This document shows positions 7,520-16,758 of a stretch of DNA of 28,729 bases, in pieces; position 1 is the stretch's first letter, and the number at the start of each line of letters is the position of its first letter. The notes under the pieces were generated by a model. That model did not search any database and had not been told where the DNA came from. It saw nothing but the letters and a program-made list of their open reading frames with translations. Source of the DNA: Candidatus Saccharimonadales bacterium (GTDB lineage Bacteria > Patescibacteriota > Saccharimonadia > Saccharimonadales > JBDTJP01); NCBI GenBank assembly GCA_039935755.1, contig JBDTJP010000081.1:1-28729 (forward strand), read 5' to 3'. The position numbers and the translations under genes were made by a program.

Positions 7520-10165
7520 ATGACTGGTCGTCCATCACCTGATTTTGCAGCAAATAGAGTTTTAGCCGAGTCGGGCTTCCAGCATAGTCGTGGTGGCGGC
7601 GTTGAGCTTATGCCTCAGCCGTCTATGCCGGAATATTTAACTTTAGGCAACCCAGATCTACCTATCTACCCATATAGACGTATAATTGTAGATACAATCG
7701 AAGCCAATCCACTGACTATAATTATGGCAGAAACAGGAGCTGGTAAAACTACACAGGTGCCTCAGTTTCTACTAGATGCTGGACACACAGTTTCTATTAC
7801 GCAACCTAGACGGGCTGCAGCTAGAAATGATTATATCCGGACGTATGATGAAATTAGAAGTGTCTATGGGCAAGAGGTAGCCGAGGATTCAGTAAGCTAC
7901 AAAACCGCGGGTGAGCGCGAGGGCTCCGAGAATGCAGTCATAAATATATACACGGATGGATTACAAAAAGCACGCGAATTCCACGGCAATGGCCATAAAA
8001 AAAAGCGTGAAGTGTCAATATTGGATGAGGTTCATGAGTGGAATAAAAATCTAGAAATGTTGGTAGCCTGGGGCAAATTGGACCCTATCGCTAATCCTGA
8101 TCGTAGGCTCGTCATAATGAGCGCCACTATAGATGGCCAGGACTTAGCTAGATATTTTAGTGATGTATCCGATAAGCCAATACCTATTCTAGTAATACCT
8201 GGGCGCTCGTACGAAACCGAGAAATTTGAAAAGCCAGAATCTTCTGTAGTGGAAGAGGTCACCTCTATAGTTAAAGGGATAGTTAACGAAGACGGTACAA
8301 TACCAGAAGGACCGAATGACATACTTGTTTTTGTACCAGGCAAACAAGAGATTAGCGACACACTCCGTAATATACGTCGCGGCCTGCCGGACAACGCTAT
8401 GGATAACATTAGGTTATACCCGTTGCACTCAAAGACCCCTAAGAGTAGGCAACAGGAAGCCATGGAGCACTACCCAGGTAATATAAAAATCGTTGTAGCT
8501 ACTAATATTGCCGAGACAAGCCTGACAATACTTGGGGTCAAGCATGTAGTTGATAGCGGTCACAAACGAAATATGCTAATCGATGAAGAAGGTGCGGGCG
8601 GTCTTAGGCTAGAGGCCGTATCTCAAGCTGATTGTATGCAACGTGCTGGGCGTACCGGTAGAGTCTGCAGCGGTACTTATGTACTCACTAAGCTCAACAA
8701 TAAAACCCCACACACATCGCTTGATAAGAGGAACAAGTTCCCTGTACCGGAGATATTACGCACTGAACTATCCCGCGACACACTTACGTTAGGAACGATA
8801 GGCATAGATATCGCTCAGTTCGATTTGTACCACAAGCCTTCGAAGGATGTTATTGATCTCGCAAAAGCTAAATTAGTCGCTCTGGGTGCGTTTGATGATG
8901 CGGGAAGGATTACGCAAACTGGCTACGACATGGACCGTTACCCGGTTTGTACGTCATCGGCCCGAATTATGGCTGAGGCAGAACGTTACAAGGAGTCAGT
9001 TCGTTCATATTTATCGGCAATCGTGGCATCTAAGGAAGCTGGCGGATTGCAAGATTATAGTGATTCTGCCAATAAACACTGGAAGGAACTTAGCAACGAA
9101 GCTTCATCTGATTTGTTGGTACAGCTAGATATATTTATTGCAGCCCAAAAAATGACAAAGCAAGAGCTGATAGACAACGATGTTGATATAAATAACTTTT
9201 TGAGGGCTCAGGAACATTACGTAAAGGTAGCCAAGCTCGCCAAGGCGCCATTTGGTGAATTAGAGCCTCCAACAGAAGGTGAGCGTGAAGATATAAAAAG
9301 GTGTATCTACATGGGCTTTTTGGACTCAATATATAGACACGAGGGAGATGGTCTCTACGCGCATGCTGCTAAGCCAAATTATGTTAAGCGAGTAATCAGC
9401 AATAGGAGTTCATTAGTCGGCTATCCACCTCTCATTGTTGGTGATCCATACAATATTGAACTGGCTAAGGGTGAGCTGCGCACTATACAGAACGTAACTA
9501 CTCTAGACCCAATTACTTTAGGCGGGCTTACCGTAGCGCAGTCTGTTTGGCGTCCAGACGAATACATAAATAGGGGCGGAAAGTACGTGGAGAGAACCAA
9601 GCAATTACTTTTCGGTGTTGTTGATATTGGAATTGTTCGTGAAGTTGCAGCAGTAGCTTCACCACGACTACGAGCCGAAATTATTCAACATGCGCTAGAT
9701 AATCCCGGATCATTTCAAAAAGAGTTGAGGGCCATAAAAAAAGAGGTAGAAGGCTTTGCGCACCGTGCCAAGTCGCCAATTAAAGTTTTCACGCAGGATG
9801 ATTTGATGAATCTTATACATAGGGCTGCCCCTGATGATATTACAACTTCAGCTGGAATAGAAGACGGGCTTAGGGCTATTGTCTTAGCCGAAAACATATC
9901 TATCGACACCTACATAAGCCGAGAGGAGAGAGAATTGATTATCCAAAATTCGCCAGACGAAATAGTTGTGGATGGCACGAGACTGCTAGTTAAATACGTC
10001 AGTCGGAAGCCTCTGGTAGATTCCAATATGGCTCAAGCTTTAGCATTGCCTGGGGATAGTGTTTACTTAGAGGATGGCAGGGAAGTCTTGTTTGTTTATA
10101 GAAATCCAGGCGGTAAATCTAAAAAAGTCTCCTTGAAACACCTGAAGTCCCTGCTTAGGGGATAG
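7520..10165 (+). CDS. HrpA/HrpB-like DEAH-box RNA helicase
   Basis: Motif I AETGAGKTTQ, Ia TQPRR, II DEVH, III SAT, IV LVFVPG, V ATNIAETSLT, VI QRAGRTGR, and an HA2-like region. The C-terminal ~200 aa are not recognised. Confidence 0.9.
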   Translation: MTGRPSPDFAANRVLAESGFQHSRGGGVELMPQPSMPEYLTLGNPDLPIYPYRRIIVDTIEANPLTIIMAETGAGKTTQVPQFLLDAGHTVSITQPRRAAARNDYIRTYDEIRSVYGQEVAEDSVSYKTAGEREGSENAVINIYTDGLQKAREFHGNGHKKKREVSILDEVHEWNKNLEMLVAWGKLDPIANPDRRLVIMSATIDGQDLARYFSDVSDKPIPILVIPGRSYETEKFEKPESSVVEEVTSIVKGIVNEDGTIPEGPNDILVFVPGKQEISDTLRNIRRGLPDNAMDNIRLYPLHSKTPKSRQQEAMEHYPGNIKIVVATNIAETSLTILGVKHVVDSGHKRNMLIDEEGAGGLRLEAVSQADCMQRAGRTGRVCSGTYVLTKLNNKTPHTSLDKRNKFPVPEILRTELSRDTLTLGTIGIDIAQFDLYHKPSKDVIDLAKAKLVALGAFDDAGRITQTGYDMDRYPVCTSSARIMAEAERYKESVRSYLSAIVASKEAGGLQDYSDSANKHWKELSNEASSDLLVQLDIFIAAQKMTKQELIDNDVDINNFLRAQEHYVKVAKLAKAPFGELEPPTEGEREDIKRCIYMGFLDSIYRHEGDGLYAHAAKPNYVKRVISNRSSLVGYPPLIVGDPYNIELAKGELRTIQNVTTLDPITLGGLTVAQSVWRPDEYINRGGKYVERTKQLLFGVVDIGIVREVAAVASPRLRAEIIQHALDNPGSFQKELRAIKKEVEGFAHRAKSPIKVFTQDDLMNLIHRAAPDDITTSAGIEDGLRAIVLAENISIDTYISREERELIIQNSPDEIVVDGTRLLVKYVSRKPLVDSNMAQALALPGDSVYLEDGREVLFVYRNPGGKSKKVSLKHLKSLLRG

Positions 10166-10169
10166 CCAT

Positions 10170-10212
10170 CCACACTACCACACTAGTAAAAGTACATAAT
10201 TTAAGGTATAAT
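10170..10212 (+). promoter_or_regulatory. uvrA promoter region: CCACACTA tandem repeat and -10 TATAAT
   Basis: CCACACTA at 10170-10177 and 10178-10185, TATAAT at 10207-10212, ATG at 10224. Confidence 0.5.
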
Positions 10213-10223
10213 TGCCCGCGTTT

Positions 10224-13034
10224 ATGAATGGATTTATTGTAGTAAAGGGTGCCCGTGAGCATAATCTCAAAAATATTAGTGTTGAGATTCCTCGCAACAA
10301 ACTAGTAGTCATTACTGGTCTTAGTGGCTCTGGCAAATCTTCCTTAGCTTTTGATACTATTTATGCCGAAGGGCAACGCCGTTATGTTGAATCCTTAAGC
10401 GCTTACGCGCGTCAGTTTTTAGGGTTAATGGAAAAGCCAGATGTTGATCAGATTGATGGCTTAAGCCCTGCGATTAGTATTGATCAGAGATCAACAAGCC
10501 GTAACCCGCGCAGTACGGTTGCAACTGTAACCGAAATTTATGATTATTTGCGACTGCTATTTGCTCGCATCGGCGTACCGCATTGCCCAGTTTGTGGCAA
10601 GGCTGTGACGCGTCAAACTACTAACGCAATTGTCGATCAGGTTTCGGCATTACCAACTGGCCAACGGTTGATGATATTGGCTCCAGTTGTAATGGACAAA
10701 AAAGGTGCCTTTGAACATATACCAGAGCAATACATGCGAGCTGGCTTTGCTAGGGTCCGGGTAGACGGAGTCGTATACGCGCTGGATGAATTCCCCGAGC
10801 TCGACAAAAACTATAAGCACACTATCGAGATTGTCGCCGACCGAGTAGTTAACGATGAGCCTAGTCACGGACGATTAGCCCAGTCAATAGAACAAGCTTT
10901 AGATTTAGCCGAAGGTAAATTGATTGTCGTGCAGGTAGATAGTAGCCAAGAGCATGCGTACAGCCTGCAATATGCCTGTTTGGACCACCCCGACATTACA
11001 ATACCCGAGCTAGAACCACGCACATTTAGTTTTAACAGCCCTCACGGCGCGTGTCCCGTATGTACTGGTCTTGGCACCCGGCAAGAAATCGATCCAGAGC
11101 TGGTTATACCAAATGGTCGCCTTACTATTGCCGAGGGCGCGATTAGGCCATTTAACAGGGTTAATGCTGACGCTTGGTATATGAAAAAGATGCAGGCTGT
11201 CGCCGAAAGGTACAAGTTTTCTTTGCATACACCTACAGGGGAGCTTAAACAATCTGAGCTAGACAAGATATTGTTTGGTACTGGTGACGAAAAGTACCGA
11301 GTTAGCCTAGGATCAGGCCGGACTTTTGACACAACATACGAAGGAGTTGTGCCTAACCTTCAGCGTCGTCATAAAGAGACGGATAGTGATTTTATGCGCC
11401 GAGATATTGAACGGTTTATGCGTGAGAGGCCATGCAACGCGTGTAAGGGGCTTAGGCTAAAGCCCGAAGTGCTAGCCGTCACGGTCATGGGGCATTCTAT
11501 TATGTATATTTGCCAGATGTCCATTGACGAAGCCATCATATTTTTTGACAAAGCTAAGTTTAACGAAAAAGACGCACAAATATCCAATCAAGTTATCAAA
11601 GAAATACGCGCTCGTTTGGTTTTTATGCAAGACGTTGGACTCAACTATCTTAATTTGTTGCGTAGTGCGGCTACGTTGTCTGGTGGCGAAGCACAGCGCA
11701 TTAGGTTAGCCACCCAAATCGGTTCAGGCTTGCAGGGTGTTTTGTACGTCTTAGATGAACCTAGTATTGGTTTGCACCAACGAGATAACGAAAGGCTAAT
11801 AGCTACGCTGAAGCACCTGCGAGATCTAGGTAATACTGTCCTGGTAGTCGAACACGATGAAGAAACAATTCGTACAGCGGACTACCTACTTGATATTGGC
11901 CCTGGTGCGGGTATTCATGGTGGTCAGGTAATTGGCTCCGGCACGCCCGAGGAAGTTGCTAAAAATCCTAAAAGTATCACTGGGCAATACTTGCAAGGCA
12001 AGAAAAGCATAGCGATACCTAAAAAACGCCGCAAAGGTAACGGCAAATCTTTAATTATTGTTGGTGCCCGCGAGAACAATCTCAAAAATATAACTGCTGA
12101 GATCCCTCTTGGGGAGCTGGTAGTTGTCAGTGGTGTATCTGGCTCGGGCAAGTCGTCGTTAGTTAATGACATACTAGCTAAGGAGCTCTCTGCAAGGCTT
12201 ATGCGTGCACACGAGGTACCTGGCTCTCACGATGACATACAGGGCATTGATAACCTAGACAAGGCTATCATTATAGACCAGTCTCCAATCGGACGTACTC
12301 CTCGCAGCAACCCAGCTACCTATACTGGTTTGTTTACACCGATTCGCGAACTATTCGCTGATGTACCCGAGTCTAAGCTCCGTGGCTATAAAGCTGGCCG
12401 ATTTAGCTTCAACGTTAAGGGAGGCCGCTGTGAAAATTGTTCAGGCGATGGAATTATTAAGATAGAAATGCACTTTTTGCCAGACGTGTATGTATCTTGC
12501 GAGGTTTGTCATGGTAAACGCTATAACCGTGAGGCGCTAGAGATTCGATATAAAGGCAAGACTATTAGTGATGTATTAGCTATGACCTGCGAGCAAGCAT
12601 TGCACTTTTTTGAGAACATCCCGGCTATTGCTCGCAAGCTCCAGACTATTGTTGATGTTGGCTTAGGGTACATATCGCTTGGACAGTCAGCAACGACATT
12701 ATCTGGTGGCGAAGCCCAAAGGGTAAAGTTGGCTACAGAACTATCACGTAGGGCGACCGGTAGAACACTATATATCTTAGACGAACCGACTACAGGCTTA
12801 CATATGGCCGATGTAGATAAACTACTCGAGGTTTTACACGCTCTCGTTAATTCAGGTAACAGCATGATTGTTATCGAACATAACCTGGACGTTATAAAAA
12901 ACGCTGACTGGGTAATTGATATGGGCCCGGAAGGTGGCGAGGGCGGTGGTCAGATTATTGCCACAGGAACCCCAGAACAAATCGCCAAGAGTAAGGTTTC
13001 ATACACTGGTAAATTCCTAAAAAAGGTACTATGA
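10224..13034 (+). CDS. uvrA: Excinuclease ABC subunit A
   Basis: GAREHNLKN, two Walker A motifs ([16 protein letters not shown]), zinc-finger CxxC pairs, and two LSGGEAQR signatures. Confidence 0.99.
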   Translation: MNGFIVVKGAREHNLKNISVEIPRNKLVVITGLSGSGKSSLAFDTIYAEGQRRYVESLSAYARQFLGLMEKPDVDQIDGLSPAISIDQRSTSRNPRSTVATVTEIYDYLRLLFARIGVPHCPVCGKAVTRQTTNAIVDQVSALPTGQRLMILAPVVMDKKGAFEHIPEQYMRAGFARVRVDGVVYALDEFPELDKNYKHTIEIVADRVVNDEPSHGRLAQSIEQALDLAEGKLIVVQVDSSQEHAYSLQYACLDHPDITIPELEPRTFSFNSPHGACPVCTGLGTRQEIDPELVIPNGRLTIAEGAIRPFNRVNADAWYMKKMQAVAERYKFSLHTPTGELKQSELDKILFGTGDEKYRVSLGSGRTFDTTYEGVVPNLQRRHKETDSDFMRRDIERFMRERPCNACKGLRLKPEVLAVTVMGHSIMYICQMSIDEAIIFFDKAKFNEKDAQISNQVIKEIRARLVFMQDVGLNYLNLLRSAATLSGGEAQRIRLATQIGSGLQGVLYVLDEPSIGLHQRDNERLIATLKHLRDLGNTVLVVEHDEETIRTADYLLDIGPGAGIHGGQVIGSGTPEEVAKNPKSITGQYLQGKKSIAIPKKRRKGNGKSLIIVGARENNLKNITAEIPLGELVVVSGVSGSGKSSLVNDILAKELSARLMRAHEVPGSHDDIQGIDNLDKAIIIDQSPIGRTPRSNPATYTGLFTPIRELFADVPESKLRGYKAGRFSFNVKGGRCENCSGDGIIKIEMHFLPDVYVSCEVCHGKRYNREALEIRYKGKTISDVLAMTCEQALHFFENIPAIARKLQTIVDVGLGYISLGQSATTLSGGEAQRVKLATELSRRATGRTLYILDEPTTGLHMADVDKLLEVLHALVNSGNSMIVIEHNLDVIKNADWVIDMGPEGGEGGGQIIATGTPEQIAKSKVSYTGKFLKKVL

Positions 13035-13038
13035 GCAC

Positions 13039-13542
13039 ATGCCACACAAGAAAGGGCGTAGCCCTAAGTACAAAATAAGATCACTTGGTGGCCTTGCACC
13101 AAGTCTTGTAGATAGGGCTGTGGATGTTATGGCTGGCGTGACGGTTTATGATATTTTAACCAGACGCCCCCAGTTCAAGACAGACTTAATTCCAAACCAA
13201 GACCGTAATATAATTGAAAAAGACGTATGCTGCTTTGGCCTTTTATCGGCATTGGCACTCGGTATAAACAAGCCGCGTAACTTCAGGGCTGGCTTTATGT
13301 CATCACGACTTGTGGCGGCGGGTTACTCCCCGGAAATGTCTACTGGCCTGGCTCGCATAGTTATAGAGAATAGAACCGACAGTGGAATAGTTGATGATCT
13401 GGATTTTTTCGATGATCCAGAGCCAGACTACGGGTTGCTTATAGTCGAACGGGGTCGTGTGCAGGTTCATGAGCTTGATGAGGCAGCGTTTGTTATGGGT
13501 ATTTTATCGTTGGATAGAACAGAGCATCCACAGGCAGACTAG
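13039..13542 (+). CDS. Hypothetical protein with no recognised family
   Basis: A 167-aa ORF that fills the uvrA-dedA gap exactly, overlapping the dedA stop by 4 nt. TACTAT (13027-13032) lies 6 nt before the ATG. Confidence 0.55.
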   Translation: MPHKKGRSPKYKIRSLGGLAPSLVDRAVDVMAGVTVYDILTRRPQFKTDLIPNQDRNIIEKDVCCFGLLSALALGINKPRNFRAGFMSSRLVAAGYSPEMSTGLARIVIENRTDSGIVDDLDFFDDPEPDYGLLIVERGRVQVHELDEAAFVMGILSLDRTEHPQAD

Positions 13543-14141
13543 GCTTTCTTTCGTTTTGCTAGATATGCCTTTGCAAGGTGATATATCATTGGAGCAAAGC
13601 TGGCTGCCATTGCTAACAATATAACTGGTAATACGAAATGCTCAATGTTTGGGATACGGCTACCAACGAAATACCCTAGCAATGTCATACCGCCGCCCCA
13701 TAATATGCCACCCAGAACGTTATAAATCATAAATATTCCAAAATTCATCTCGGCCACGCCAGCCACGACGGCAGCAAATGTACGAACAATCGGTATGAAC
13801 CGCGCGAATAAGATTGTTTTACCGCCGTGACTCTCGTAAAACGCCTCGGCTTTATCAATGTATTCTTTCTTAAATAAGATACCATCAGTTTTCTTGAATA
13901 CCTTTTTGCCACTCTTTTTGCCGATGTGGTAGCCTACAACATTGCCCAATATACTCGCTAGCGCGACTGCAAAAATTGTTAACCCGATTGATAATTTACC
14001 TTGAGCGGCGAAGATACCGGCGCTAAGAAGCAGTGTGTCGCCAGGTAAGAAGAATCCAATTAGTAGGCCAGTCTCTGCAAAGATAATAGCGGTTATAAGT
14101 AGTAGTCCGCCACTTTCGATTAGATGGGTTGGATCGAGCAT
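13539..14141 (-). CDS. dedA: DedA/VTT family membrane protein
   Basis: FAETGLLIGFFLPGDTLLLSAG and ARFIPIVRTF are DedA hallmarks. Confidence 0.95.
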   Translation of the reverse strand: MLDPTHLIESGGLLLITAIIFAETGLLIGFFLPGDTLLLSAGIFAAQGKLSIGLTIFAVALASILGNVVGYHIGKKSGKKVFKKTDGILFKKEYIDKAEAFYESHGGKTILFARFIPIVRTFAAVVAGVAEMNFGIFMIYNVLGGILWGGGMTLLGYFVGSRIPNIEHFVLPVILLAMAASFAPMIYHLAKAYLAKRKKA

Positions 14142-14208
14142 ATGCCTTAAGCTTACAGAGTTATATGCGCATAGTCTAGCCTAATAACTGATATTTCACG
14201 AAGTTATC

Positions 14209-14247
14209 TGTTATACTATGTAAACAATTCTGATTACCTAAAGGGAG
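14209..14247 (+). promoter_or_regulatory. Extended -10 (TGTTATACT) and SD (AAGGGAG) for rplY
   Basis: TATACT at 14212-14217, AAGGGAG at 14241-14247, ATG at 14253. Confidence 0.6.
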
Positions 14248-14252
14248 CAACA

Positions 14253-14942
14253 ATGGTTAGTGATAAAATCGTGGTGGAATTACAAGAACGTTCAGTAGTG
14301 CGTAAAGGGCTCCGAAGCCTGCGCAAAGAAGGAATAATCCCAGCGGTTATACATAATCACGGCAAGGACTCTATACTTGTCAGTGGCAATCTCGTTACTC
14401 TTCAAAAAGTGTATGCCAAAGCTGGTATGCACCAACCAATCGAACTATCAGTTGGGGGCAAACAGCACCTAGCTCTTATCAAGGATGTTGACTTTGAGGC
14501 ATCCAAGCACCAAATGCGCCACATGGTGTTTCAGGCGATTAAGCAAAACGAAGAAGTTGATGCTATTGTACCTGTTGTGTTTACGGAAGGCGCCGAAATA
14601 CCAGCTGAGCGTGCAAGTCTGTTAGTACTAAAACAGCTCGACACAGTGCAAGTTAAGGCGCTGCCTAGAGACTTGCCAAACGAATTAGTAATTAGCCCTA
14701 GCACTCTGATTGAGATTGGTGATAGTTTAAGTGTAGCCGATTTGGTCGCACCAACTGGTGTAACTATTTTGACTGAACCAGAGACACAAATAGCTATTGT
14801 TGAGATGCCAAAAGACCAAATGGCTGAAGCTGATGCATCAGCTGCTTCGTTGGCCGAAGATGCTGGTGAGCCAGATGCTGTAGAAAGCACACCAGCCGAG
14901 CAGGCTGCTGAATCAACCGATGCTGCCGAAGCGGATAAGTAG
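14253..14942 (+). CDS. rplY: 50S ribosomal protein bL25 / CTC (long form)
   Basis: LRKEGIIPAVI N-terminal domain, V-x-A-L-P-x-D-L-P C-terminal domain, and an acidic Ala-rich tail. Confidence 0.93.
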   Translation: MVSDKIVVELQERSVVRKGLRSLRKEGIIPAVIHNHGKDSILVSGNLVTLQKVYAKAGMHQPIELSVGGKQHLALIKDVDFEASKHQMRHMVFQAIKQNEEVDAIVPVVFTEGAEIPAERASLLVLKQLDTVQVKALPRDLPNELVISPSTLIEIGDSLSVADLVAPTGVTILTEPETQIAIVEMPKDQMAEADASAASLAEDAGEPDAVESTPAEQAAESTDAAEADK

Positions 14943-14976
14943 ACCGTCAGCGCCCACTCCTACTTAGTCACTGTCT

Positions 14977-16758
14977 CTACTCTTCAATGAAACCACCAGA
15001 CTGATGTAACCAAAGTTTGGCGTATAGCCCTTTGTTTTTCAGTAGCTCATTGTGGCTGCCTTGTTCGGAGATATGCCCATTATCAATAACTATAATCCGA
15101 TCCATGTGTCTTAGCGTGGATAGACGATGAGCAATTGCAATGACTGTTTTGTCTTCCCATAGTAGTTCGAGTGCTTCTTGTACTAGGACTTCACTTTCGC
15201 TATCTAGAGCGCTAGTTGCTTCGTCAAGAATTAGTATAGGTTTGTCGTCTAAGAATGCTCGCGCTATAGAAATTCGTTGACGCTGGCCAGCCGACAGTTT
15301 TACTCCACGTTCACCAACCAGAGCATCATAGCCATCAGCTATGTTGACTATAAATTCATCGGCATTAGCTTGGGTGGCTGCATGTACTATGTCACTGTGT
15401 TCAACGTCTCTACTGGTTGCATACGCAATATTCTCCGAAACACTACGGTGAAATAGGCTAGTGTCTTGGGGCACGTATGATACGAGCTGTGATAGCGATT
15501 GTGTATCAATAGTTTGACCATCGAGCTCAATACTTCCGTTAGCAACGGGATAGTATCCGAGCAATAGTTTTGCCAGAGTTGACTTCCCACTACCACTCTT
15601 ACCAACTACCCCAATCTTTTCACCTTTTTGAATAACAATCGAAATATCTTTAAGCACTGTAGTATCTGCTTTGTCTGGATAATTGAATGATAGGTTATTT
15701 AGCGTGAGAGATTGTTCTATGATCGGGCCAGCAACACGCCTAGCGACTTCACTGGAGTGTTTTAACTTAACGGCTCCGAACAAATAGGTGTGGGCTTCTT
15801 CTACCCTAGCTAGTTTAAGGTTGAGTTGAGAAAACTGCCAAATTATATCCCAAATAGTTGACGAGAAAAGTAGTATTGTGGCCAGCAGAGTTGTTAGTTG
15901 TCCGATAGAAATCTGTCCGTTCAGGAACATGTGCACATTGAAAGCAATTGTAATTGGCCATATGAGATGACGGACAAAAAATGACATGCTACCCCAGAAG
16001 AAAATTGACCATGCAAAGGACTGATTCGCTGCCTTTATAGTTTTGGTTTGTTCTAATCTGATCGACTGTAGCTCTTGGAACTCTTTGTGGAATGCTTTTA
16101 CGCTTATGAAGTTTCCAATTATGTCGATGATTTTACCATTCTTAGTCGACACGACATCAGCGGCAATCCTTTCGTATTTGATACTATTACCAATAGTAAA
16201 CTTGCCGGCGATTGCCATTAGTATAATGCCGGATATAAATATGATACTAGTTTGCCAGTTTATGCTGCTTAATATGAAAATGATTGCCAGCAAATTTACG
16301 GCTTGTGAAATATAGTTATAGAAGAATGTCTCGGCCAATCCTCGCATTTCTTGGCTGATTGTACTTACGTAAGAAGCTAATTTGCCCGTAAACTTATCGA
16401 CGAAATATGGGTATGGCTTTGATATAACCTCGCTAAACAATATGTTCTCGTAGCTATATAGCAAAGGGTTAAGCAACTTCATGTATGCAATTTCTGCACT
16501 CCTCCATAAAATGTCATGCCCACTACTACACACTATTAAGGCCCAGACATATATGATAGCATTGCTTGTTTGGGGTGGGGTGGTCGCGAGTGCTCCAACC
16601 AGCTTTCCTATAAAAATGGGTATTATGGCTAGAAAGACGTTGGCTGCAACAAATAATGCTGCAACGATAAACATGCGAAGCTTGTAATTCGACAAATAAC
16701 TAACAAACGAGCGTATCGAGTATCGTGTGTTCTTGGCAGCATATTTTTTACTCTTCAA
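14977..16758 (-). CDS. ABC exporter, fused TMD-NBD (copy 2)
   Basis: Multi-pass TMD, Walker A GKSGSGKS, signature LSAGQ, Walker B LILDE, and AHRL. A TTG start at 16758 (MKSKKYAAKN) overlapping the upstream stop is preferred over 16803; GGTGG lies just upstream. Confidence 0.92.
   Translation of the reverse strand: MKSKKYAAKNTRYSIRSFVSYLSNYKLRMFIVAALFVAANVFLAIIPIFIGKLVGALATTPPQTSNAIIYVWALIVCSSGHDILWRSAEIAYMKLLNPLLYSYENILFSEVISKPYPYFVDKFTGKLASYVSTISQEMRGLAETFFYNYISQAVNLLAIIFILSSINWQTSIIFISGIILMAIAGKFTIGNSIKYERIAADVVSTKNGKIIDIIGNFISVKAFHKEFQELQSIRLEQTKTIKAANQSFAWSIFFWGSMSFFVRHLIWPITIAFNVHMFLNGQISIGQLTTLLATILLFSSTIWDIIWQFSQLNLKLARVEEAHTYLFGAVKLKHSSEVARRVAGPIIEQSLTLNNLSFNYPDKADTTVLKDISIVIQKGEKIGVVGKSGSGKSTLAKLLLGYYPVANGSIELDGQTIDTQSLSQLVSYVPQDTSLFHRSVSENIAYATSRDVEHSDIVHAATQANADEFIVNIADGYDALVGERGVKLSAGQRQRISIARAFLDDKPILILDEATSALDSESEVLVQEALELLWEDKTVIAIAHRLSTLRHMDRIIVIDNGHISEQGSHNELLKNKGLYAKLWLHQSGGFIEE

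Noticed and set aside
10166-10223. Canonical SOS box upstream of uvrA or uvrC
   Set aside because: Neither GAAC-N4-GTTC nor CTGT-N8-ACAG is present, and the only sequence shared with the uvrC upstream region is TTTAAG, too short to be meaningful.
14148-14207. Short palindromes in the dedA/rplY gap (TAAGCTTA, TATGCGCATA, ATAACT...AGTTAT)
   Set aside because: Arms of 4-6 bp in AT-rich DNA are expected by chance and no second copy was seen.
14943-14976. Bidirectional intrinsic terminator between rplY and the ABC genes
   Set aside because: Only a 4-bp AGAC/GTCT pairing and no U-tract.
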